The notes below the pieces were generated by a model, which did no database searches, was not told the DNA's origin, and saw nothing but the letters and a program-made list of their open reading frames with translations. Below are positions 50,423 to 62,093 of a stretch of 64,000 nucleotides of DNA, in pieces. Within the stretch, counting starts at the first letter, position 1. Each line of letters begins with the position of its first letter. A program made the translations under genes and the position numbers. This DNA is from Okamejei kenojei (lineage: Eukaryota), in the NCBI GenBank assembly GCA_035221665.1, contig CM069140.1:42036001-42100000 (forward strand), written 5' to 3'.

Positions 50423-51929
50423 GAAATTAAAATCCTTATCAAATATAATAAATTGGTTGTTCCACAGAATAAACCAGGAATTTTGACTGATACATTTTAA
50501 TTCATTCCTTCGATTCATGTTATTTTTTTTATTTCACTCACGCAAACTAGTAGTAAGACGACAGACCAACACATTAGAAAATAATTCAATTTAATACTTT
50601 CCCAGATACAACAAGGATATATTTTTACCAATTCCTGTCTGGTTTAGTATATAATGGAATCTTATTTATAGACCAGGACTAATTTGATCTTTTTCAAAAA
50701 GTTGCATTGTTTAATATAATGTGTAGATACATCGTCAATACTAAATATCAAAACTTAATTTGTTCATATGTATTGGAAATAAATGCTCTTATCATTTAGC
50801 GTGATTATACATTAACAAAAGTATATTTGTTTATTTCAAACTGATGCAGCTGTTTACTCTACAAAAGTTATTATTTCAAGATTATTGTATGGACATTTTT
50901 TTTTTGCTCTATTAAATACTGCATACATTTTAATTTCTCAATAAAAATATAAAAATAGTATTATCTTAAATATTATGTTCTATATAGATAAAGCTGTGGG
51001 TATCTTCCCTCTTCCCAGTTATAGTTGAATGAGCCATAACGTAAGAGCTTGTTTAAATTGACAAAGAATAGTGACCCATGTGAGAATATCTTCAGATAGG
51101 ACAGATCATTTCCTCCTGCATGCCGACTAATTTTGCATTTCCACCCCAACAATGCCTGGGAGCTAGTGGTTTTAATAACTGGATAATGTGCTGTTATTCT
51201 GTCCATTTAAATTCTCAATTAAATTTATGCAGTATTGTTCCTGGACTATCCTTTTATTGTTTCATTTTGTTGGTGACTAAGTGTGAAAACTTAATTATTT
51301 TAAAGACGATTGAACCCTCTGTTCCCCTCACCTGCAGCATATGAACCTTGTTTCATTAACACGGGTTGCTCTGTTCTGTATGTTCTTTAAAACATAGAAT
51401 GTTACAAAAGAAAAATAAAAGCATGGAGCACAGGTCAAAGAACTGCCACTCGTCGAAAATGTTCATGTAGGAGATGAATGAAATGTGGGAAATTAATACA
51501 TTTGTTCTCATTAGATCTTATACGAAAATATGCCAGAGGTTTCTATGAGATGTAGGAGATTAGGCTGAGTTGGAAATGTATAACATATTAAATATCCGAT
51601 TTTTGAAATATGTCCTAAAATTCCACATTCTCCAAAACGAAGCATTGCTCAGTAGTACCCATAACTTCAGAAGAAATTGAGGGCAATGTTGTATGTAACC
51701 GTTAGATTTGCCGGTTAAAAGGGAAGGATGTGAGATATCATTGTAAACACGGCTATGGTGTGGCTGAGAACACAACTAGTCAGGATGACCATTTACATTT
51801 TCAGGCAATGTTTTCCAAAAAATAATTATATTGCATTAAGAAAATATTTTTCTTCATGATGCCTTGAAACTTTTGCTGATTGCTTTAATTCAGAGTCATC
51901 AGGCTCTGCTACTGGGGGGAAAAAATCTC

Positions 51930-52445
51930 TCTAATCTAAACTTCTATCAAATTTCCTCTGCATCCTCTTTTCCTGCAAGAAAACAACCTTAAATTCTGTA
52001 GTCTGTCCTCATAATTGAAAATCCTCTCTCCTGGAAAGATTCCAGTAAATCTTGTCTGTACTCTCCAGGGCCTTCAGAACCTTCCTAAAGTGCAGTGACC
52101 AGAATTGGGCACAATACTCTGGTTGTGGCCTAATGAGGATTTTTATAAAGGTTCAACAAAACCGTGTTGTTTTTGTAATTTATGCATGTGTTTACAAAGG
52201 CCAGGATAGCAGATGCTTCATTAACTACGTTTTAAGCCTGTTCTGGCACTTTCAAAGATTTATACATATGTAGACTAGCCTTGGTGTCCTTGTGAAATCT
52301 ACTACTATTCTCCTCATTGCTTGCCATACTTCCAAGCTTTGTGTAATCATAAGTTTTGAAATTTTACCCGGCACATCCATGTCTACGTCAGTAAAATGTA
52401 TCAGCCACAGCATCTGCCCATGCACTAATTTTGGGAGAGCTACTG
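51930..52445 (-). mobile_element. Ancient CR1/L2-type LINE remnant
   Basis: ccttcctaaagtgcagtgaccagaattgggcacaatactct is the reverse complement of an EYCAQFWS.HFRK motif. Confidence 0.6.
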
Positions 52446-55398
52446 ACCATGGTCGATGGTAATGTAGGGAGAATAGGTTATCAGGGGAAAGGAATTGCGG
52501 TGTTCAGGCATAGGCTCGATAGACTGAATTGGCTTCCGTCTTTGTCATTGGGCAATATGACAAAATATAACAATGAACTCTGACATCCAATCAAAAAACC
52601 CCAAATAGTTTATTTCTCTTTCGTCAATACTGCTTTTATCCTTTGACATACAGAGACTAATGTTCTTGATAATAACCACTGCGCTAACACCTAAACTTCA
52701 CATTTAAATGAAAGATTGTAATACACTGACTAAAACCAATAATGAGAATGTTGTCCGAAAGATTTCTGATTTATCTTGCACAGTAGATTGATCTATTGTA
52801 TCTATTATTTATTATAATTTAATATTGCAGAAAATTGTGATTGCTGTTGCTAAACTGACATAAAACCCATTACTTTTAGAGTTGTTAGTTTTTGGCTTGA
52901 TGAGAAAATGCATATGGCCTGGCTCAGTAATTGATAGCAAGTAACTGTTTAGATGTTGTTCATTATTTTTGCGTTATCATAGCAGTTTGAGATTTGTCCA
53001 AATGCACAATAAATATTTAGAACAAATTAATATTTCAACAAGATATAAAGGCCATGTGCATTGGCAAGCTTGTTAAAGTGTGAAGTAGCACATATCTCCA
53101 TAATTTTATTACAGAAGAATATTTTATTTTTATAACGAATACATCCCTTGGAGAATGCCCCCAAAATAAGTAAAAGATTGCATTCAAGCATCATAAATTT
53201 GGTTGTACAGAAACATCACTGTATTAAGATTTAGATTAAAATGTGCTTAAAATGTCAATCAGTGAATGTTCAACATAAGAAAATGATTGTTTCCCATGTA
53301 TATTTACAAAGTTCATGTCTGCAAGCACCACACTGGTGTTGTACTGGAACAAAATTTCAGACATTTCTTTAGTAAATGTGTCATTGATCCCTCACCAGGT
53401 GATCAGCTGAAGGCTTGCTTTCATCTGACTTGTCGAACTATCTGGGAAGAACACGAAAGATTAGCTTTTATTTAGTATTATTATAACTAGATTTATATTG
53501 AAATACCAACATTTTTAGCCAGTTAGAGAAATCCCAATTGGTTGTTTCTAAAGAAGAAAAGTGCTGATAGTTTATTTTTTGAGACATTGGGAATAAAGCC
53601 CTTATTTAATAGGTTATCTTCATTAACCCCTAATGAGTAGCAGAGATATTTGTACTGAGTATAAAAATAAATCATCAGCCAGTGAAAGGTTAAGTAAACC
53701 CATGTGTACAGTACTGATTTAAATACAGTTGGAATTACTTGGCACTGGAAAGAATGTTCCCATTGATTGGCATCGATTGAATGACTTCAAATCTACCCAC
53801 AAGACGACTCTTTAGAACAGCTTTGGATTGTTTCTATGGTAACTGTTCTTATCCAAGCATTGACATTATCTGGAAGGGTAAAGAGAAAACCGATACCAAT
53901 CGAGGGAAATGGGGTGGTGGTGGGTAGTCGTGGGGTGTGGGGAGGCAGAGAGCGGAGGGTTTTTGTTATTTATTCATTACATGGAAACTAATTGTTTGAC
54001 ATTTGCTATTTTGAAAGAAAGATGCTTGGAGAGGGGAAAATGCATAAAATAATTTTTCATTAGTTGATGAAATTAGCGAATTAATTTTTTTTGCAATGAT
54101 TAAGAACAAAGATAAATTTGCAGTAAAGTATAATGAACATTTTTTTTTGCAAGATCCTCATTGGTGGTGTGTAATATGGATCACCAAGCAGCGATAGATT
54201 TTGGCAAAAAAGATAAAACGTCTGTACCATAGGTATAAATATAAGATATTAAAAGTGAGTTGTTAAGAGTACGAAGCTGCTCTGTAATTATCCCAGTTCT
54301 TGTTAATTATGTAATACACAATGGATACAAAAAATCAACAGTTGTATATACTCAATTCACATGCTGTACCTCAATTAATGTCAGAAAGAGGACCAAACAT
54401 AATATTCAATTTATGCCATCACCTCTTCATTGCAGGATTCAGCTGTGCTTTTCTGCTAGAAGTCAGAATTGGCTGTGTTGTCACATTCAGATATATTTTT
54501 ATATATCCGATGAGAATCGCTGGCCAATTCAATATGCACAGTGTCTGATTGACTGAAATGCTATTGGTGATTCCAAAATGCACATATCTGTCCATGGGGT
54601 ATAATAAAATATCTGGATTTGATAGCATTGAATATCTGTAAAATATGTTCTTTAATGTAATTGGGCTTGGGATATATACACCCTTAATTTTCTAATATAT
54701 ACTTGGTCCATCCTTATTTAATGTCACCTATTGCCAGAATGGTCTCTGTGATGGTCGAGGCATGCAGAATAATTAATTTGCCCATATCAATCACTTCCAG
54801 CTTCTTCTAGGCAGCAAGATAGGAAAATAAATTCTGAATTTTAGTGAACTTGCCTGTGAATAATATTGATTTACGTAAAATGTTTTGAATGTATATATTG
54901 TTTGAGAAAATCATCTTTATATCACAAATAGAATCAGTAATATTGTTTTATTGATGCTTCTTCATTGTCATAATAAGCATTTGCAAGACAGCAAGCCAAT
55001 TAATTTCCCATGAATTCAATGTCTTGTCACAAGGGGCATGTCACACACTGCAGGTACTTAAAGGACATACAGTGCCCTCCCTAATCTTTGGAACAAAGAC
55101 CCATCATTTATTTATTTGCCTCTGTACTCCACAATTTGAGATTTGTAATATAAAAAAATCACATGTGGTTAAAGTGCACTGCTAGATTTTATTAAAGGGT
55201 AATTTTATACATTTTGGTTTCACTATGTAGAAATTACAGCTGTGTTTACACCTAGTCCCACCATTTCAGGGCACCATAATGTTTGGGACACATGGCTGCA
55301 CAGGCGTTTGTAATTGCTCAGGTGTGTTTAATTGCCTCCTTAATGCAGGTATAAGAGAACTCTCAGCTACCAGTCTTTCCTCCTTGCTGTTTATCAAC

Positions 55399-56605
55399 AT
55401 GAGGACCAAAGTTGTGCCAATGAAAGTCAAAGAAGGCATTATGAGACTGAGAAACAAGAATAAAACTGTTAGAGATATCAGCCAAACCTTAGGTTTACCA
55501 AAATCAACTGTTTGGAACATCATTAAGAAGAAAGCAAGCACTGATGAGCTTACTAATCACATAGGGACTGGCAGACCAAGGAAGACCTCCACAGCTGATG
55601 ACAGAAGAATTCTCTTTATAATAAAGAAAAACCGCCAGTCCGACAGAGCAGAAACACTCTTCAGGAGACAGGTGTGGATTTGTCAATGACCACTATTCGC
55701 GGAAGACTTCATGGACAGAAATACAGAGGCTACGCTGCAAGGTGCAAACCACTGGTTAGATGCAAAATGAGGATGGCCGGATTACAGTTTGCCAAGTACT
55801 TAAAAGAGCAACCACAGATCTGGAAAAAGGTCTTGTGGACAGATGAGATGAAGATTAAAACTTATATCAGAGTGATGGCAAGAGCAAAGTATGGAGGAGA
55901 GAAGGAACTGCCCAAGATCCAAAGCATACCACCTCATCTGTGAAACACGGTTGTGGGGGGTGTTATGGCCAGGGCATGTATGGCTGCTGAGGTGGTATGC
56001 TCAGTTGTATCATCAATCTTCATTGATGCTACAACTGCAGATGGTAGTAGAATTCTGAAGTGTATAGACACATCCTATCTGCTCAAGTTCAAACAAATGT
56101 CTCAAAACTCATTGGCCGGTGGTTCATTCCACAGCCAGACAATAATCCCAAACATACTGCTAAAGCATCAAAGAAGTTTTTCAAAGCTAAAAAATTGTCA
56201 CTTCTTGAGTGGCCGTCAATCACCCGATCTGAACCCTATTGAGCATGCCTTTTATATGCTGAAGAGAAATTTGAAGTGGACTAGCCTCCAAAACAAGCAT
56301 AAGCTAAAGTTTTAAAGAAGGAACTGCAGATGCTGGAGAATCGAGGGTACACAAAAAGCTGGAGAAACTCAGCGGGTGCAGCAGCATCTAAGGAGCGAAG
56401 GAGATAGGCGACGTTTCGGGTCGAGACCCTTCTTCAGACTGCTAGGCGACGTTTCGGGTCGAGACCCTTCTTCAGACTGCTAAAGATGGCTGCAATACAG
56501 GCCTGGCAGAGCATCAGCAGAGAAGACACCCAGCAACTGGTTATGACCATGAATCGCAGACTTCAAGCAGTCATTGCATGCATAGGATGTGCAACAAAAT
56601 ACTAA
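55399..56605 (+). pseudogene. Frameshifted Tc1 DDE transposase
   Basis: MRTKVVPMKVK..ISQTLGLPKSTV (paired-like HTH), GRPRKT, WKKVLWTDE, QPDNNPKH, SPDLNPIE, ends ATKY*; several frameshifts and one insertion. Confidence 0.9.
56310..56478 (-). mobile_element. Hammerhead cassette (subfamily B) with tandem-duplicated ribozyme core inserted in the Tc1 transposase
   Basis: 7-bp TSD gctaaag (56303-56309 / 56479-56485); perfect 38-bp tandem 56405-56442 / 56443-56480. Confidence 0.85.
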
Positions 56606-59600
56606 ACATGACTACTTTCATTTACATGACATTGCTGTGTCCCAAACGTTATGGTGCCTAAAATGGGGGGATTATGTATAAACACTGCTGTAAATTCTAC
56701 ATGGTGAACCCAAAATGTATTAACATGGCCTTTATTAAAATCTGACAATGTGCACTTTAACCACATGTGATTTTTTTCTATTACAAATCTCAAATTGTGG
56801 AGTACTGAGGGAAATAAATAAATGATGGGCCTTAGTCCCAAATATTATGGAGGGCACTGTATAATTAACTATAATGATTTATATCTGTATCGTAGATTTG
56901 AATGTGTCATGTGCATCTGGGATGAAATTTAAAACATTTTGGTTGTGATTTTGGGAAATGTTCTTCTCCATACTTACTAAACATTGCACATTAAAATTTT
57001 AAAGTCTGTAATGAAATGCATTTAAAGTTAAACCCCACTGTAACTAATTTAATTTGCAGTGCTTTTCGGGGAAAAAATAGAAAGTGGGATTTGGATTCAA
57101 GTCATTGACATTTCTACTCCCTTCGCAAACTTCATTTTTATTTCTTCTGCAGTATCGAGGGTTATATTTCTCTTGCACTTTTCTGGGGGAGGCATTCATA
57201 CAAGCCGAAGCTAGTTAAACTTTAATGGGTTGGGATTTTTTCCCCCATTTCTTAGCAGCTTCAGCTAACATCTGAGAATAGACTCTTTGTATTCAGATGC
57301 CTTCTAACAAGACGCTCATTGTCTTAAGCCTTTGCCAGGAGAACACGAGCCACTGCACAGCCTTTATTGTGCAGACTCTGATTGTATTTGAACTTGATGA
57401 GGGCTGCATTTGAATTGTAGTCAGACAGTTCATCTGTAGTTTTGCATAGGCTGAGAACTAGCCAGAAATTGCCATGTTTGTCTAATTACCTCTTTAGATA
57501 AGATGAGGTGGCGGGGAAATTGCAGGGATGGGGTGGTGGGCGGAGGTTGTGGGGGTGAGGGTGAGTGTAATTGTTAATAGTTGGAAAGAAGATGATAGCG
57601 GGGAGGGAGATTTAATTGAAGTTTATCGTATGGTATAACAAAAAATATGACTGGATTACTATGGGAACTTATTGACTTATATTCTGATCAGAACCTTGCA
57701 TCAAAGAACAATGATATGTAGCTGGAATGTGGAATACAGTACGAGGTATCTATTCTCCCATCATTTATTCCTCGAGCGACTCCTCTACCACTCCCCCCCA
57801 CCCCATGCAATTAAAAATATTAAGACCACATTGAAGAAATATAGAAAACTTTTATGAAATTCTTTGTTAATTTAATGAATGCAAATTGATAACATGCATA
57901 TATTGGAGCTTGGCTGGTTGCAGGGTGTGCTGTGAAGTCTTCGAATATTATTTTAATCTCTCTGTCATCCCTGTACCCTAACATTTTGGCAAAATATCAC
58001 CTCCTGTATGTGACATCAGTTGATATCCCAAGAAGAGTCAGCGGCAATGGAAGTGCTAGTACTTCTGATTCTTGTGTAGGACTCGGGGGCAGAGACATGA
58101 CGGCCTGTATGAGGGACACAGGATGGTGGGGGAGATGAGATGAAGAGGGGGGATGGATGATCAACTTATTAAGGTTGCAGCAACAGCGTGTCATTCAGTT
58201 TTCATTAACTCTTTCATGCCTCTTGATGTGGGTAAAGCGTCAGTGTCCTGTTCTTGTAAACTACCAGCAGCACATGAATTTGGAACTGCAAAGGACAATG
58301 CATTTGGTTTTAAATATGAAAACTTAACTTAAATTGGCACTGTATTTTCAAATACAAATCGCTCCATCAATATGACTACCTGTACCACAGACAGACTGAC
58401 TGCATTTTCTGTTGCTGTTACTTAATTTGAGCATAAATTGTCCACTTGCTTGATTTGATTCTCTGTGTAATAATGTTATCAGTTTAAGATGTGACTGAGT
58501 ATTCTACATTAAATAAATTACACTGAAATTTTACCTGCCATTCCGTCATAGTTCAATTCAAAATATAAGAAGCAATCATGAGGAAAGCTTAAAAATCTAC
58601 ATAAACAAAAATTAAGAATTGTGTTTTTAAATATAGAATTAAAATATTTTTGAAGCTTGCATTGAAAATTAATTATATAAATAACGTTTTTATTGTTAAA
58701 AGCACACGTTATAGAAATCGAATAAAATCTTAGTTTCTCAAATGACCTTAATTTCATCAAAGAAAGGGAGATATCCATAATTGTAAGCATTAGGAAATTG
58801 CCATACCTAAATTTAAATCAAAGAGTCAAGCTGAGGCTTTTAGAGGCTCCATCTGTTAAGACAGGAGCAACATTGATTGTGAGTAGCTTTTTAACTTCTT
58901 GCAGTGAACGAAAACAGGATCATGATGCAGTCCGAATCCTGATTTGTTTAGCATTGTACGTGCCTAAAAAGCAGCACTTGGGCAGATGGAGCTGCTAAAT
59001 GCCTTGTCCTTTGATTTAGAGTTGGGCAGATACTTCTACATGTACAGCTTGATGGTTGCAGTCAGAACAATCAATACACTGTAAAACACAATTAACAGAA
59101 GAAATGTAAAAGAGCCTCTACTTGGTCAGTAATGCACAACACGCGGAGACTTGGACCTGAAAAGATGCCTTGGCATCCCACAATGCAACGCAGTGCCCGC
59201 AGCTGGTGGCATTTGGGAAGAGAGCATTGGTACATTGTGTTTCATGTACTCCAAAAGACTTCAAAATTAAGGATTACTTTACGGATTTGCAAAAGGCTGA
59301 ATGAGCAACACTCAAGTCCATTATTAGCATTAACTCTTTCTCACCTACGGTTAGGATTTATTCTTAAAATTGAGATTACCAGAAATAATTTCATACATTC
59401 CCACTAGAATTTTCTGCATTATTGTTAAAGATTTCCCATGAATTGAGTTTCTGAATTTACCCAAGGATATCTGAAAACATGTAATGTTTCACTGTTTGGA
59501 GAGCAAAAAAATAATTTTGGAGAAATGAAGTGACTGATTTGGCATTGACCCTCTTCCATTTGTGCAACTTTCTGATTTAAGAATACAATAATAATAATAA

Positions 59601-59842
59601 TGTGAGTAGGGAAATAGGCCCATCATGGCTGCTGCTTTATTTATTAAGACCATAGATCATCTTTTACCTCAAAGCCATGTTCCTACACTAACCTCCTATT
59701 AGTTTATTCCATTAATATATAAAACAATATACATTGATGGCGACACAGTGGAGCAATGGGTAGTGCAGATGCCTCATACCTGGGATTGATCATGACCTCA
59801 GGTGCTGTCTGAATGGAGTGAATGAGGAATGGCTAACGGCTA

Positions 59843-60352
59843 GGCACAAAGTGCTGGCGTAATTCAGTGGGACAGACAGCATCTCTGGAGAAAAAGGATG
59901 TGTGACGTTTTGGGTTGGTATCCTTCTTTAGACTGAAAGTATAGGGGAGGGAACTGGAGGTAATAAAAAGCCAGAACAAAGCAGGGCTGGCAACAGGTGA
60001 CCAAGGAAGGATGGAGCCCTTAATGGCACATTGTTGGCTGGTGAAGAGGTGATAATGAAAGGATACAAGGATGCAGACAGTGGAATTAGGAGTCTGAAGA
60101 AGGGTCTCGACCCGAAACGTCGCCTATCTCCTTCACTCCTTAGATGCTGCTGCACCCGCTGAGTTTCTCCAGCTTTTTGTGTAACCCCCAACAGTGGAAT
60201 TAGTAGGATGACTAGGATGGGGGAGGGAGGGAATGCAAGGGTTACTTGAATTTAGATAAATCATGTTTATACCATTGGGTTGTAAGCAGCCCAAGCGAAA
60301 TATGGGGTGCTATTCCTCCAAATTGTGCGTGTCCTCACTCTGACAGTGGAGG
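59843..60352 (-). mobile_element. Penelope-like 3' fragment
   Basis: Reverse strand encodes LHCQSEDTHNLEE*HPIFRLGCLQPNGINMIYLNSS-like endonuclease tail; decayed hammerhead ~59901-59935. Confidence 0.8.
60090..60190 (+). mobile_element. Hammerhead cassette (subfamily B) with intact core
   Basis: Perfect 13-bp TSD acagtggaattag (60077-60089 / 60191-60203); core CTGAAGA-A-GGGT-CTCG-ACCC-GAAACGTC at 60094-60121. Confidence 0.88.
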
Positions 60353-60888
60353 ACTAGTGTAGATGGGGCATCTTGTTGGGCATGTGCCCGCTGGGCCAAA
60401 GAGCCTGCTTTCTGTACTATATGACAGGCTGAACATATAATTGCATTTCTCCGCCATCTCCTTATTTCACAGTATAATTTTTACTTTTTGTCAGGGACCT
60501 ACGTTAGCCAATCTATTTTTCTTTGCATATATTCTCAGAAACTTTTGAAGTTTGTTTTTTTATGTTTCTTGCTAGTTTTATATTTCACATTTCCTTTCAT
60601 AGAAGCTCTGGCCCTTTGCTGAATTCTGAAATTTTCTCAATCCTCAAAAATACTGCTTACCGTTGGAAATTTTAAATGCATTTTCCTTTCATCAATTAAC
60701 TTTAACTTTAACTTCTCTTGATAGCCACAGCTGCACCTCTTTTCCTGATTGTCCATTTTTTATTTAAAGGGATATATGTTGCCTGTAAACTGTGCATTCA
60801 TTGTTTAAATGTTAAATATTACTTCTTTAATGTCATATCTTTTCATAGTTTCCTAATCTATCATAGCCAAATGATGCCTCCTATCTTT

Positions 60889-60945
60889 TTATTCCTTCGC
60901 TCCATAGATGCTGCCTCACCGCTGATTTCTCCAGCATTTTTGTCT
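60889..60945 (+). mobile_element. 57-bp truncated cassette (subfamily B, ribozyme core absent) inside a probable old LINE remnant
   Basis: 11-bp TSD ctcctatcttt (60878-60888 / 60946-60956); ttccttcgctccatagatgctgcc..ctgatttctccagcatttttgtct. Confidence 0.7.
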
Positions 60946-61129
60946 CTCCTATCTTTCTGTTGTGTTTTAAGACACTGCATATAAGACACTGCTTTCAGTT
61001 TGATCTGTATCACTTTCAGTCTTTGATAACATTTTTAAACATTATTATCGATGTTCCCTAAAGGATACTTATCCACCAGATCATCAATAATCCTTTCTCA
61101 TTAAAATATTAAATCCAACATGGCAACTT

Positions 61130-62093
61130 TCAGCACCTCATATTTCGCGTGGGCAGCTTACACCCCAGCAGTATGAATATTGACTTCTCTAACTTTGTAA
61201 CGCTTGCTTTCCTTCTTTCTCCATCCCCCCCCTCCCCTTCCCAGTTCTCCAATCAGTCTGACTGTCCCTTTGATTACATTGTATCTCTATTTGCTTTGTT
61301 GTCACCACACCTAGCTGACTACATTCTCCTTGATCTGCATTTATTTTGATCTCTTCTACTTCCTTATCTCCATAAAGGGCCTATCCCACTGCGAGGACCT
61401 AATTTGCGAGTTTAGAAGAGTTTGCGCTCGACTCAAACTCGAAGCATGGTCGACACATGGTCCTAGGAGGTCTATGTAACTCTCCTTCATGCTCGAGAGA
61501 AGTTCCCGCATACTCGAGGCCTCAATTTGGTCGAGGAGTATTTTTCAACATGCTGAAAATTGTCCGCATGTAAAAATTGTCGGCATGGAAAAAATCTATA
61601 TATTTTTGTACTCGTAGGTTTAGTCGAAGTAGGTCGTAGTAGGTCGGCATGTTATTCCTAGGTAATCAAACACAATCGAAGGAAATCGAAGGTAGTCTAA
61701 GTTATCGTATATAGTGTTAGTATAGTCGAAGGTGGTCGTCTTCACTCTCCACTATTCGGTGTCCAATTTTCCCGAAGCTCGTCGAAGCTAGTCTTCAACA
61801 TAGTCGAAAGAGATCGAAGGAGGTCTTCTACATAGTCGAAGGAGGTCTTCTACATATTCGTAGGAGGTTCTCTACATAGTCAAAGGAGGTCGTAGGCGGT
61901 GTTCTACTTCGGCGATACAACAAGACCATGACACTTTTAAAAACTCCCAAACTCTTCTAAACTCGCAAATTAGGTCCCCGCAGTGGGACAGGCCCTTTAC
62001 TCTTTCTCCCTGGCGCTCAGTCTCAAGCAGGGTCTCGATCAGCATGTTGTGGCCATCTTTGGTGTAAACCAGCATCTGCAGTTCCTTCCTACA
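61130..62093 (+). mobile_element. Penelope-like 3' fragment split by a MITE
   Basis: QHLIFRVGSLHPSSMNIDFSNF at 61131-61200; resumes after 61999 with decayed core and ccagcatctgcagttccttcctaca. Confidence 0.75.
61375..61997. mobile_element. Non-autonomous DNA transposon (MITE) with ~50-bp TIRs
   Basis: aagggcctatcccactgcgaggacctaatttgcgagtttagaagagtttg / caaactcttctaaactcgcaaattaggtccccgcagtgggacaggccctt, flanked by TA; internal gtcgaag-rich repeats. Confidence 0.85.

Larger units (their letters stand above)
55070..56859 (+). mobile_element. Tc1/mariner transposon with long IR/DR-type TIRs
   Basis: TA|CAGTGCCCTCC...GGAGGGCACTG|TA; ~220-bp inverted repeats each with an inner direct repeat (ggcaccataatgtttgggaca). 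Confidence 0.95.
59739..60425 (+). mobile_element. V-SINE interrupted by a Penelope-like fragment
   Basis: Head ggcgacacagtggagc...gacctcaggtgctgtctg..tggagt (59739-59820) and tail gggcatc..gggcatg..gggccaaagagcctg (60354-60425). Confidence 0.65.

Noticed and set aside
61600-61900. GTCGAAG repeats as a CRISPR-like array
   Set aside because: Irregular short repeats without unique spacers, inside a TIR element in vertebrate DNA.
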